DNA of 64,000 nt from Octopus vulgaris (GCA_951406725.2 OX597814.1:23746001-23810000); one strand, 5' to 3'; counted from the stretch's first letter, positions 11,252-24,192 are shown. The notes: generated from the sequence alone by a model not told the origin. Program-made: numbers and translations.

Positions 11252-12031
11252 GCACATATATATGTATGTTTGTGTGTTAATGACTCCTTACATTGTCATC
11301 AGGTGATGATTGTAAACAAGTGTTACCATCATACAAGTGTTGTTCCATTTCCAATCTTTTGAATTGGACATTAAACCAATGATGATGATGATGATGATAA
11401 TGATGATGATGGTGGTGGTGATGGTGATGATGATGTATGTAATCATTTTTCACAGTTTAATCATCTTACATAAGCTTTGAGTTAGTTTACAAATAGGATC
11501 ATATTTGCTATTCATACTTATAAAAAGAACGTTTAATAATTACAAAAATGGCAACATTATGGATGAGTTTAAATGTAATAGTTAAGAAACTTCGGTTTTG
11601 GGGAATATCCAAGCACTACTATTGTTGTTTGGGATATTTTGGAGTCACTACAAATCAAAAGTTATCAGACAATTGAACTAGCCAAGTGACTCTGAAATAT
11701 TTCTGGCAAAAATAATGGTACTTGGACAAGTTCCATAAATGAAGTTCAACTAATACAGCCAACAACAATATATTTTGCACTATATTAACTCCAGAATGAC
11801 CATAATCTAAAATGGAATGGTATTTAAGATGAGGTTAACATAATTTGGTAAATATGCTCGATAATGTATGTTTTCAGTAACAACATTAAGACAAAATAAA
11901 TAAGAGATAATAAAAGAAAGGAGACAGAAACACAGAAACATCTAGAATTCTTGGCTGCTGCTAATTCTGATACATTCCTGCGAAATGATGATATGCATAT
12001 GTGAAAAAAAAGAATGTAAGGAAACATAATG

Positions 12032-12070
<39 letters not shown>

Positions 12071-12134
12071 CATACATACATACATACATACATACATACA
12101 TACACACATACACACATACATACATATATATTTT

Positions 12135-12617
12135 ATCATCATCATCATCATCATTTAACGGCCGCTTTCCATGCTAGCATGGGTTGGACAATTTGACTGA
12201 GGTCTGGCGAACCAGATGGCTGCACCAGGCTCCAATCTGATCTGGCACAGTTTCTACAGCTGGATGCTCTTCCTAATGCCAACCACTCTGAGAGTGTAGT
12301 GGGTACTTTTATGTGCCACCAGCACGAGTGCCACTCAGGTGGCACTGGCAACGGCCACGCTCAAATGGTGCTTTTTATGTGCCACCTGCACAGTAGCCTG
12401 TCCAGCGGCACTGGCAACGATGTTGCTCGAATGTTTTTTCATGTGCCATCAGCACAAGTGTCAGTAAGGCGACGCAGGTAAAAATCACACTTGAATGATG
12501 CTTTTTACATGCCATCAGCACGGATGCCAGTTTGTTGTTCTGGCAACGATCATGCTTGGATGGTGCTCTTAGCGCTCCACTAGCACGGATGCCAGTCATC
12601 GAATTTGATTTCGATTT
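12135..12617 (-). mobile_element. 5'-truncated RTE 3' UTR copy with about five tandem units
   Basis: Collinear with 7810-8210, including the GATTTGATTT tract. Confidence 0.85.
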
Positions 12618-12715
12618 ATATATATAATTGAGATTCAATTGAATTAGGTACTTAAGTTGAAGCACCAAATCAGTCCAGTATTATCTGCACAGTTCCAAAT
12701 AAGGTGAATAAAATT

Positions 12716-12844
12716 AAAATAAGCAACAGGACATCAAGTAGTAATACAGTACAACTGTTTCAAGCTCCATTTAATTGAACAATTAAATGAAACCGCTTGA
12801 AAAAGTTGTACTACATTATTACTTGATATAGTGTTGCTTATTTT
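12716..12844. repeat. Imperfect palindrome, ~63-bp arms, 2-nt loop
   Basis: AAAATAAGCAACA..CATTTAATTG AA CAATTAAATG..TGTTGCTTATTTT. Confidence 0.9.
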
Positions 12845-13024
12845 GATATATATATATATAAAATAGAAGATATTGGATTCATGAAAAAGGAGTAAGGTTG
12901 GACATTTATTTCATTATTTGCTTCAATAACACTACCAATACTACTGGGGATATTCTGAAGGTTGATGAGCTTTAAACTGTACTTTATTATGTTCCTAATG
13001 GAATATAACATAACTATATCTATC

Positions 13025-14079
13025 TATTGGTTTGGCAACTAAGTTCCCGTCATTTTTATAAATTTTGGAATTTATTGCATTTTTAAATTTTAGAATCTTT
13101 TTTTTTTTTTGAGAATTCTATTTTTGAATCATTTTGGAATCTATTTTGTGTTTTTTTTCTAGTTAATTTTAGTTAATTTTTGTTTATTTTCACATCATTA
13201 AAATGGAATGTCATGTTAAGAAAAACGACCATTTTCGACACCTCCTTCTTTTTGCTTTTAATCAAGGTTCTAAGGCCGCGAAAGCTGCTTGCGATATTTG
13301 TGCTGTGTATGGAGAGGGTGCCATAGCTGAAAGAACTGCCCGTGATTGGTATGCCAAGTTTAAAAATGAAAATTTTGACCACAAAACACACCTCATTCTG
13401 GCTGTCCAGTTGAGTTTGATAAAAAGAGATTAAACCAACTTTTGCATGAAAATTCTCGTCAAACAACAAGGGAACTAGCAGAGAAAATGGAATGCTCCCA
13501 CACTGCTATAGAGAAGCATCTTCACTCGATGGGAAAGGTTCAGAAGTATGGAGCATGGGTTTCACACGATTTAAGTGACAACAACAAAAATCAATGAGTC
13601 ACAATCTCTGTTGGTTTGCTTGCTCATCATCACTCAACAAGCAACTGTTTCTTTACCAAATCATTACTGGCGATGAAATCTGGTGCTTGTTCATCAATAT
13701 GAAGCAGCGTAAGGAATGGCTTAGCCTTGGTAAACAAGTGGCACCACGCGTGAAACAAGATCTTCATCCGTGTAAAACGATGTTGTGCATATGGTGGGAC
13801 TGGGAAGGGATTATCCATTATGAATTGCTTGAATGGAACCAAACTGTCAATGCGGAACTCTATGTTCAACAGATGGAACGACTAAACACAGCTATTCAAG
13901 AGAAAAGATTTAATCGGCAGCATAGAGTTCTTCTGCTGCACATCAATGCTCACCCTCATATCACCAATATGACCAAGGAAGCCATTCAAACGCATGGTTG
14001 GGAAGTGCTAACATACTTGCCCTACTCTCCTGATTTGGCACCAACAGATTTCCACCTCTTGCGATCTCTTTCAAATGCA
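13025..14079 (+). mobile_element. Mariner (DD34D, mellifera-like) transposon: left TIR plus frameshifted transposase, 3' end lost
   Basis: TA + TTGGTTTGGCAACTAAGTT TIR; ATG at 13203 (HFRHLLLFAFNQG HTH), WVSHDL, TGDEIW, LLHINAHPH (second D lost), YSPDLAPTDFHL. Confidence 0.93.
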
Positions 14080-14393
14080 CTTGTGCTGGTGGCACTGAAA
14101 AAATATTTGAGTGAGGTCATTGCCAGTGCTGCTGGACTGGTTCCTGTGCAGGTGGCATGTAAAAAACACCATTTATGTATGGCCATTGCCAGTACCACCT
14201 GACTGGCCCTCATGCTGGTGGCACATAAAAATACCCACTATGCTCTCAGAGTGGTTGGCGTTAGGAAGGGCATCCAGCTGTAGAAACCCTGCCAGATCAG
14301 ATTGGAGCCTGATGCAGCCAACTGGTTCGCCAGTCCTCAGTCAAATTGTCCAACCCATGCCAGCATGGGAAGTGGACGTTAAATGGCGATGAT
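14080..14393 (+). mobile_element. RTE 3' UTR copy abutting the truncated mariner
   Basis: GGTTGGCGTTAGGAAGGGCATCCAGCTGTAGAAA...GGACGTTAAATGGCGATGAT. Confidence 0.85.
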
Positions 14394-14509
14394 CAGTTCT
14401 GACTGATAACAGGCTTTAATGTTGTACTTCACTAGCTCCTGTCATTTTTAAAGACATCTAAGGTGACTATAAATGCTAAATATCACAATACAGTGATGTG
14501 GTTCCTTCT

Positions 14510-14836
14510 TCATCATCGTTTAACGTCTGCTTTCCATGCTAGCATGTGTTGGACGATTTTGACTGAGGGCTGGCGAACCAGATGGCTGCACCAGGCTCCA
14601 ATCTGATCTGGCAGAGTTTCTACAGCTGGATGCCCTTCTTAACACCAACCACTCCGAGAGTGTAGTGGGTGCTTTTTAGGTTCCACTGGCACAGGGGCCA
14701 GTCAAGCGGCACTGGCAACGATCTCACTCGAATCTTTTTACACATGCCACCGGCACAGGTGCCAGTAAGGTGATGCTGGTAATGATCACACTCAAATGGT
14801 GCCTTTTATGTGCCATTCAAGTGTGATCGTTACCAG
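14510..14836 (-). mobile_element. RTE 3' UTR copy with a short 5' inversion
   Basis: Collinear with 7810-8150; 14813-14836 is an inverted copy of 14776-14799. Confidence 0.85.
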
Positions 14837-16647
14837 TTTCAGAAAATACAGTGATGATCAATTGGTGAATCCCCCAAGCCAGCTGACACACCACTTTCTC
14901 TAAGAAAACTATTTACCAAAGATTTTTTAAGTACTGACTTGTCCATTTTCTCTTCAGGATCTTAGGCTATATTATCATCCAGCATTAGCTTGTAATACAA
15001 TTACAGAGTGAGATTTGACTGGCATTTCTTGCAAACCAAACAAACTCATGTAAATACTCGAGATGACTCACTATACACCACCATTTTCCTGATATGTATT
15101 GTTAGTGTGTCTTTAAGCTGTTGAAAGAGACTTTGTTATGATTAAGTGTTGTGAGTCAAAAGTATTTTAAATTTTAGATAAGACATTTGGTACATTTCTC
15201 TTACTATTTAGGAAAATATGTTCCAATGTTAGTTTTTGATTTCTCACACACTGTATTCTCATCATAATTATCCTCACCAACACCACCATCATCATAAACT
15301 GAGTCAGTTCCTGTCTTCAGTATGGACAGCAGACTGATGATGATGAAGATGATGATGGTGACAATCATGATGATGATGGCAGCAGTAGCAGCGACAGCAG
15401 CAATGGTGGTGGTGGTGGCTGCAGTGGTCATGGTGGTGGCAGTGGTAGTAGAAATAGTAATGGTAGTGACGATGATTTTATGATCTTCAGAAGAAAGTTT
15501 TAAATATATAAGTTCAGTAAATTCAAGCTCACCTGCACTTATAAGAATGACGCAATTAATGTTCATTTTAAGTATTTATAGATTTGGGGTCTGCTGGAAA
15601 GATGTAGATGGAGAAATAATTCCAGTGAGTTGCAGTCCTCTGGAGAAATGGTTTGGCATTTAATTTCTGTGTATAACCTATTAAATATCTGTTATGACAT
15701 AAATGAGATTTCTGATGAATTTTAATTTCTCATTAGAAATAATAAAAGGAAGTGATGTATAATTTCTGGACTGATTCATTTCTCTCATTTGGAATAAATT
15801 TTCATAAAAATAAATCAAAATTCATGCATTTTTTTTTTCAGTTACAATAAACCTTATTAGATAAGCATTCATTTCTCATAAAGATAAAAAAAATTACTTG
15901 GAAACAATTTACTGCTTCCAATTAATAATAATAGATGCTGTATCTAAAAGTTATATAATACGTAAATTTTATTCTTCCTTTCAAAATGAATAACTCTTCT
16001 CCGTATTCAACTATAATTGAAATAATATCCAACAATAGTTACCATGAGACTAAATTAAATTTTAAAAAAAAATTATTATATTTTGCTCTATTTGTAATAT
16101 CAATCTTCCAAGTTGGATATAAAACATAGCAAAAGTAGAGATCGAAATAAATTAAATCTAATGAATTACTAAAAATTTTACACACAGAAAGGAAAAGAAA
16201 AAGGTTGTCATAAAATCAATCAGTAAGCTAAATTTTCTTCCCAATAAATTTTATTGAATTAAATCAGGTGGAAACAAAAATTTTTGCATTGATTTTACAT
16301 GGCCAAATTTTCTGCTGCATTGTTTGCGACTTACACTTCAAAATTATTTCTGAACATTCTCATTTGACATGGCTAAAATCAGCTTATTGTATAGTTTATT
16401 ATTGACAATTGTAGTTAGTGAATTATTGTTTAAAATATTATTTCACAAAATAAAAGATAGAAAGCTATATTTCTAACGATGGAAAATTGAACTAAGAATT
16501 TGATATGAATAATGTTTGTATAATCAGTTGCATCTTCATTAATTCTGCTATAATCCTTAACAAAGAAAAATTTCAAGCTATGTATAATTTAATAGTGGCA
16601 TTAAATACACATTCACAGATATATATATACACATACATATATATATG

Positions 16648-16679
<32 letters not shown>

Positions 16680-16947
16680 CATACACACACAAACACACAC
16701 ACATACATACATACATACATACATACATACATACATACATAAATATATATATATAAAGCTATATATATAGCATCAATAATAATAAAGGATAAAATTAATT
16801 AATTGCTGTCTGGGATATCTTGTAGTAGTAGAATAGTAGTTTTTAAATGCTATTTCTAAATTTCGGTATGTGGCGAAGTAAATTTTGCTGAACCCTAATT
16901 ATAATTATACTCATAATTATAGAATTTATATATATATATATATATAT

Positions 16948-17250
16948 CACATGATCACGTGACCGACCAGACCATCAGATGTTGTTACACATCGCTGGTC
17001 ACAATGCGTTCGCATTGTTTTAGCCTTCGAATGATGCTACCCCGCTGGCTAAGCGGGCAGGCCAACAGAAGAAAGAGTGGGAGAAAGAGTGGTGAAAGAG
17101 TACAGCAGTGATCATCACCCCCTGCCGGAGCCTCGTGGAGCTTTTAGGTGTTTTCGCTCAATAAACACTCACAACGCCCGGTCTGGGAATCGAAACCGCG
17201 ATCCTGCGACTGCGAGTCCGCTGCCCTAACCACTAGGCCATTGCGCCCAC
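16948..17250 (-). mobile_element. SINE family D head with a third tail type, inserted in (TA)n
   Basis: Head nearly identical to 22879; the 3' half is unrelated to the other family D copies. Confidence 0.88.
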
Positions 17251-17296
<46 letters not shown>

Positions 17297-17324
17297 TATA
17301 TACATACATACATACATACATACA

Positions 17325-17407
<83 letters not shown>

Positions 17408-17411
<4 letters not shown>

Positions 17412-17652
17412 TCATTTAATGCTGGATCAGGTTTGATTGTTTGACTAGGGACTGGCAAGCCAGGAGGCTGCACTTGACTCCAATCTGATCTGGCACTATT
17501 TCTACAGCTGGATGCCTTTCCTAACGCCAACCACTCCAAGAGTGTAGTGGGCGCTTTTTATGTGTCACCAGCATGGAAGCCAGTCAGGCAGCACTGGCAT
17601 TGGCCACATTCAGATGGTGCTTTTTATGTGCCACCAGCACGGTAGCCAGTCG
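17408..17652 (-). mobile_element. RTE 3' UTR copy
   Basis: TTTCTACAGCTGGATGCCTTTCCTAACGCCAACCACTCC. Confidence 0.8.
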
Positions 17653-17689
17653 GTGTGAGAGGGATATATATATATATATTTATGTATAT

Positions 17690-17910
17690 ACATTGTTGTA
17701 TTTTGGGATGGTCATTTTTTTGTTTTGTCAAATAAACACATGCACTATATATTTTTTTCGGTTCTTATTTTATTATTTTCATTCATGCCCATTGTCCAGA
17801 AATCTTTCATCACACATCTGTGACCTCTTCAGCGACACATTCATTTTCATGTGTGCTCTTGCTCCAATTACTCCATTCCATTCTTCAGAGGTGAGTGTCT
17901 TTATAAGCAC
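17690..17910. repeat. Dispersed repeat related to the arms of the 22783-23545 palindrome; probable Penelope-like fragment
   Basis: CATTGTCCAGAAATCTTTCATCACACATCTGTGACCTC..TGTGCTCTTGCTC shared with 23285-23365. Confidence 0.7.
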
Positions 17911-18539
17911 ATGCGCTTGTGTCCTTGTTTGTTTGTTTGTGTGTGTGTATGTGTGTGTGTGTATGTGTATGCTTGTGTGTGTGTCATAGTTTTTAGCTGC
18001 AGTGTGGCCTTCCCTTCGGCAGCCCCATCCTCTCATCCCATTGTGCTGCTGCTGTCCTAAGACCTGAAAAATATTGTACAGTTCCTGTATTCTCCTGTAC
18101 ATGTGTATTCACCCATGGTGTTGCCATCGTGGTAGTTGTCATTGCTCTTATTGCTGCCGTTTCACTGCTGCTGCTGCTGCTTGCTTCCATTGTTAATCAT
18201 GTTGCTGCCATTGTTGTGGTCATTCGTAAAATTTCTTGTGTGTGTGTTTGTGTGTATATATGGGTTCATATGTTGTATGTATCCATGCCCTTTATATAGA
18301 TATATTTATTTATTTTATCTATATCTCTTTATTATATTTATCCCAGAAATGTGACAAATATATTTATATATTTAGCTATCTATTTATTTATTTATTTTTT
18401 TATTTTATACATCTATCTCTAGTTCCCATTAGTATCACAGGTAAGTGCACATATGTTTAATGTGTGAGTATTACCCTGAATGTTTCTGTGTATCATTTAC
18501 GATTTTTCCCCTCTCTCTTCTCATCCATTCTGTCTTTAA

Positions 18540-19480
18540 TCATGTGGTGTGGTGGTGAGTGTTACTGTTCCATTCATGTATTCTGTTGAGGCTCAGTCTG
18601 TCTACAGCTGTGCATGTAGCCTCTGTGATCTGTCTAAGTGTCGTGTCAGTTCTATGTGTCAATAATTCCTTAACCTCTATGCTATTAACCGAGCCTCCAT
18701 GTTCAACCTGAGCATGTTGGTGGAGCACTGACGAGCTTTTCCCTTCTTTGAGCTCCCACCAATGTTCATCTGTACGCTCTCCTATGTTGTGTGCAGTCTT
18801 TCCAATGTAGGTAGTTGTCATGTTTCTGCACTACATTCCTAACATTACAGTTAACTCGTGGGTTCATCTTAGATACAACACGATTGTACTTTATACAGGG
18901 AGATTTATCAAAGGGATAGCTATTGCAGATCAGGGATTTTAATGGGGTACCAGGCTTCTCTACTACTGTAATTTGCAGATTAGACGTACTTAATGTTTTT
19001 CTAAGAAAGTATGCTAGTTCAGTAGCATTGACAAACATGACACTCTGGTATTTTTTGTTGTCATATCAAGTGTTGACCTTATTTATCTTATTACTGGTCC
19101 TTTCCGTGCTGTTCCAGGATTTACTCCAGTACAGCAGCCAGATCCCCTTATGATCACTCTCTATGATGGCTTTGTACTTATTCCTGGCCCGTTTGTATAC
19201 TCTAATCCTGTAATCCTGTCCCTTTGGTTGTAGCCAGAGAACTGTATTGGTGGATGAAGTTTTGTATGCATCTTGCAAATTCCATAGGGTTGCACATGTG
19301 AGACACATTCCTCATCCTCTCACCAAGTCAGCTATAAGAATGTTGAACTTGGCATTGTCCACAATCTTTGCATTCTTGTCAACAACATTGTTAGAGGCCA
19401 TGGGTTTGGCATAACGAGAGTGAAGGATCTGGACCTTACTGTTCTTCATTTCTAGCCAGAGTTCAGTATCTAAACAGTTA
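18540..19480 (-). mobile_element. Decayed Penelope-like retroelement: RT thumb, linker and C-terminal GIY-YIG endonuclease
   Basis: LDTELWLE..ILHSRYAKPMASNNVV..KFNILIADLVR; VVEKPGTPLKSLI..NCNVRNVV; YIGKTAHNIGERTDEH..SVLHQH..RQITEA..LNRIHEWN; frameshifted. Confidence 0.88.
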
Positions 19481-19555
19481 ACCTATATTTAGAGTGGTTA
19501 CTGAGATTAGGAAGTGGTCTGATTCAGTCACACAGTGATTTCTACTACATTTATA

Positions 19556-19557
<2 letters not shown>

Positions 19558-19619
<62 letters not shown>

Positions 19620-19681
19620 TGTGTGTGTTTGTTTGTGTGTGTGTGTGTGTTTGTTTGTGTGTGTGTTTGTGTGTGTGTGTT

Positions 19682-19723
<42 letters not shown>

Positions 19724-19829
19724 TATGTGTGTGTGTTTGTGTGTGTGTGTGTGTTTGTTTGTGTGTGTGTGTGTTTGTGTTTGTGTGTGTGTGTGTTTGT
19801 TTATGTGTGTGTGTGTGTGTTTGTGTTTG

Positions 19830-19862
<33 letters not shown>

Positions 19863-19878
19863 TTGCGTTTGTGTGTGT
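19558..19878. repeat. Long interrupted (TG)n microsatellite
   Basis: Directly visible. Confidence 0.97.
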
Positions 19879-20278
19879 ATATCTATCTCCACATATTTTT
19901 ATATTAACATTGCTTCAGTATGTGCAACTGGTATAAGTCTCCTATAAATAAAATGTCTGGCCTGCAAATGCATGGACTAAAGCAACTCACTTAAAATAAA
20001 AAAACAAACAAAGGGTTGGCAACAGAAAGGGTATCCAGCTATAAAATACTTCCTCAAGAAGCCACATCAAACCCATAGCAACATAAAAAAAGCTCATAAA
20101 ATAATGATGATGATGATGATAAAGAGCAAAAGGGGGAGAATATATTTCATTATAAAACCATGAATATTTCTTTTGTTAAAAGTTCATGCTATCTGCTCTG
20201 CATAAATTGTAAACTATTGTCTGACTTCATTGTTGCAAATATTTCTTTTCATTCAATAAAACTCATGTTTTTCTATTG

Positions 20279-20349
<71 letters not shown>

Positions 20350-21535
20350 ATTTGGCTTTTGCCTGTTATGAAATATTCCCATATATATCAGAAAATGAAT
20401 ATGATAATACAGAAAAGAAATAAAAGAAAAATATAAAAGTTATATCCAGGGTATAAGAAAGGTAGGTTAGAAGATTTTGCAATAGGCAGATCTTGAATTA
20501 TTCTAATGTTTTTCAGCTTTTCTTCATAACTTACTCTGTACCCATGTAGCCAAAAGCAATTAATGAAAATTCTTTTCCTACCCTTGGGGTATAAATCTGA
20601 AGATGTTTTCAACAGATATCCAAACCTAGAAATTTGGGGCTTGTTGCCAATTTAGCTGAAGTGACAAAAATGCCCTTCAGCAATATTGATTCTATTTAAA
20701 GGAAAACATCCATGAGTATTATATATTGTTTGGTATTTTAATATTTGACTTCACACTCAAATATAAAATCACTATGATATATAAAAGGCTATAAGTCTTC
20801 AATTGTTTATGTCTCTGTATCAATATATATATATATATACACACAGACACAAACACAGACACAGACAGACGCACACATGCACACAGACACACACATGCAC
20901 ACACACACACATGTAGAGAGAGTTATCTTCCTATATATATGAATTAGAGAAGTGGAATGTATCATCAATACATATATACATACATATACACACACACACA
21001 CACTCACACACACAGAAACACACACACTCAGAAACACACACACATATATATACACACACCCGCGCGCACACACACACACACACATACACACACACATATA
21101 TATGCATACATATATGTTATAGGAGAATCCTAAACACCCCCATGTGACTGAAGGTGGATTAACCAATTACAATAGATAAGAACTGAGTAAATTGTCAGCT
21201 GAGAGTAGTTGATGGTGTTAGTTTGATCATGCTGGTTAACAGATTTAGCTTGATGGGTGTAGTTACACGGTGAATACTGAGGATTGTACCTACATGTAAG
21301 TAGTACAGAGTGCACTCTGCATCAACATATATTCCTTCGATAGGTTAGTTTTAGATAACCACTACCAACTATTTATCTGTGTAACACCATTTTACACCAG
21401 ACATGTATACCCCTGTCATAACAATATACATACAAACATACATATATATATATATATGCACATATCCTTTTATCTGATGTAGGCCAGTTTATGGACTTAC
21501 CCTGGGTTTCCTGTCTGTAAAGGGTTCAAATTTAT

Positions 21536-21584
<49 letters not shown>

Positions 21585-21637
21585 AAAATAAATATTAGGG
21601 AATAAATCCAAACTTTTACAAAATAGTGGTTTTGTCT

Positions 21638-21676
<39 letters not shown>

Positions 21677-21699
21677 ATATATATATATATATATAATAA

Positions 21700-22061
21700 T
21701 TAATAAATATCAGGGTAAGAAAAAGTTTAGAAATTTTTTACTACCAGTGGCCTAGCATGAAGAAAGAAAACTAGTCAATAGACTATATATTATTCATATA
21801 AATACAGTGTACATTTAAACACATAAGAGGTAACCATCATAGAACACGTAGCATGCTAGAAGGAACAGCCAAAATTCAAACCACTATTAGGGACAAATCT
21901 TGAAGGGAATGGAAACTAAAAACATTTACCATCTATCTCCAGGACCATGGTTTCTAGCTCTATATTAGCAAATAAGTTTGGATTTTGGCTGTTCCTTCTA
22001 GCATGCCAGATGTCCTATGATGGTCACCTCTTATGTGTTTAAATGTACACTGTATTTATAT
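21700..22061. mobile_element. Penelope-like pLTR fragment with inverted partial copy (86-bp arms at 21796-21881 and 21976-22061)
   Basis: Arms are reverse complements; the spacer holds a hammerhead 3' half, GAAACCAUGGUC, on the minus strand at 21943-21954. Confidence 0.7.
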
Positions 22062-22782
22062 ATACATACATACATACATATATTATATGTATAAATGTAT
22101 GTATATAGTTCACAGATGAGGTCCTGAGATCCAGAGATACCTCATTTAGAAGACAATCAGTCGTGCTCAAACGATTGAAACTAACAATGCACTAACAATA
22201 CAAGATGCTGCAGAAACCCATTCATCTATGGCAAATCATATCTTGACACAAGGGTAAAGTTTTAAAGCCATGATATGTCTGTGAGTGTGTTAAACTCTGA
22301 CACTAATCACCTCCCTTTCTCCTATTCTCTGCTACACTACCTCCTCCAGTAGGGTCCTCTCTTTTACTATTTCCATTCAAACACTCTCACAACCATAAAT
22401 CTATTCCTCTGAACTTACTCAAATCTCCCGCTTCACCTTGCCTTGGGTCATTGCTTCCTCTTGCTTTTACACTTATCAATTATAGGGGCAATTTAGGCCT
22501 TTAGTTGTTCAAGTTGCAAGACAATCTCACTAGATGCTATAAAAAGGGCACCCAGATCACTCTGTGAAGACACTGGCATTAGATAGGACATTCAGTCATA
22601 GAAGTCATGCCAAAAGTTTGAAACATGATGCAGTCTTGTGGCTTATTGAATTCTGTCAAACCATCCTACACATGCCAGTATAGATGGATGATAAATGATG
22701 ATGATATTAATTATGTTAAATATATACATTAATGAATTTTTGTTGCAAGAATCCTAAGGTGAAGACGTTTGTTGAAACAGAT

Positions 22783-23545
22783 ATGGTTGTATTTCTGGAT
22801 GTCATTTTTGGGGTTTTTGACAGATAAACACACTCACTATATATTCGTTCTTCACTCATTTGTTATTGTTCTTATTCTGTGGAGGCGCAATGGCCCAGTG
22901 GTTAGGGCAGCGGACTCGCGGTCGTAGGATCGCGGTTTCGATTCCCAGACCGGGCGTTGTGAGTGTTTATTGAGCGAAAACACCTAAAGCTCCATGAGGC
23001 TCCGGCAGGGATGGTGGTGATCCCTGCTGTACTCTTTCACCACAACTTTCTCTCACTCTTACTTCCTGTTTCTATTGTACCCGTATTTCAAAGGGCCGGC
23101 CTTGTCACTCTCTGTGTCATGCTGAATATCGCTGAGAACTACGTTAAGGGTACACGTGTCTGTGGAATGCTCAGCCACTTACACGTTAATTTCACGAGCA
23201 GGCTGTTCCGTTGATTGGATCAACCGGAACCCTCGTCGTCGTAACTAACGGAGTGCTTCCATCCATTGTTCTTATTCTAATTCATGTCCATTGTCTGGAA
23301 ATCTTTCATCACAAATCTGTGACCTCCTCGGTGACACTTTCTGTCTTCGTATGTGCTCTTGCTCTGCTTATTCAGAGCAAGAGCACACACATGTGTAACT
23401 GAGGAGGTCATAAATGTGTGACAAAAGATTTCCAAACAAAGGACATGAATTAGAATAATAACAGTAATAAATGAGTGAAGAACAAATATATAGCGCATGT
23501 ATTTATTTGGGGGGGAAAATGACCATCTTGAAGTATAACAACATA
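22783..23545. repeat. Long imperfect palindrome (apex 23352-23387) whose left arm is interrupted by a SINE
   Basis: TGTGCTCTTGCTCTG-CTTATT-CAGAGCAAGAGCACA apex; arms pair onward once the SINE is removed. Confidence 0.8.
22879..23264 (+). mobile_element. Full-length, CpG-rich SINE family D with 14-bp TSD
   Basis: A-box TGGCCCAGTGG, B-box GTTTCGATTCC; TSD ATTGTTCTTATTCT at 22865-22878 and 23265-23278. Confidence 0.93.
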
Positions 23546-23819
23546 TATATATATATAGGTATAGAAATTAAATATAAAATATAAATTACAAAGTGGGACA
23601 AGAACGCAAAAACACACGAGGAGACGACACAAAAACACAGACAGGTCACTCGAAGCCTCTAATCTTCAGTCGGGAACCGGATCATCTTAGTAATTTCGAT
23701 ATATATATGGAAGTGCTCCAGCATGGCTACAGTCTTTGGGCTGAAACATATAAAAGAAATAACAGAAATGCATATATAAGTGTAGGTGCGTGTGCGTGTA
23801 TGTGTGTATGTATATTTTT

Positions 23820-24022
23820 TTCTTTTACATGTTTCAGTCATTTGCCTGCAGCCATGCTGGAACACCGTCTTTTGTCGAACAAATCAACCCCAGGACTTAT
23901 TCTCTGTAAGCCTAGTACTTATTTTATCGGTCTCTTTTGCTGAACCACTAAGTGATGGGGACGTAAACACACCAGCATTGGTTGTCAAGCGATGGTGGGG
24001 AGGCAAATACAGACATACAAAC

Positions 24023-24055
<33 letters not shown>

Positions 24056-24192
24056 CGATGGGCTTCTTTTAGTTTCCGACTACCAAATCCACTCACAAGG
24101 CTTTGGTTGGCTTGAAGCTATAGCAGAAGACACTTGCTCAAGGTGCCATGCAGTGGGGCTGAACCCAGAACCATGTGGCTGGTAAGCAAGCT
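23820..24192 (-). mobile_element. SINE family B
   Basis: Collinear with the other family B copies. Confidence 0.88.

Noticed and set aside
12300-12600. CRISPR-like periodic ~60-bp units
   Set aside because: Whole units are homologous with no unique spacers, there are no cas genes, and the array lies in a eukaryotic LINE 3' UTR
22879-22955. tRNA gene (also heads at 9757, 37290, 62405)
   Set aside because: A/B boxes are present but the cloverleaf is imperfect and each runs into a SINE body, usually with a TSD
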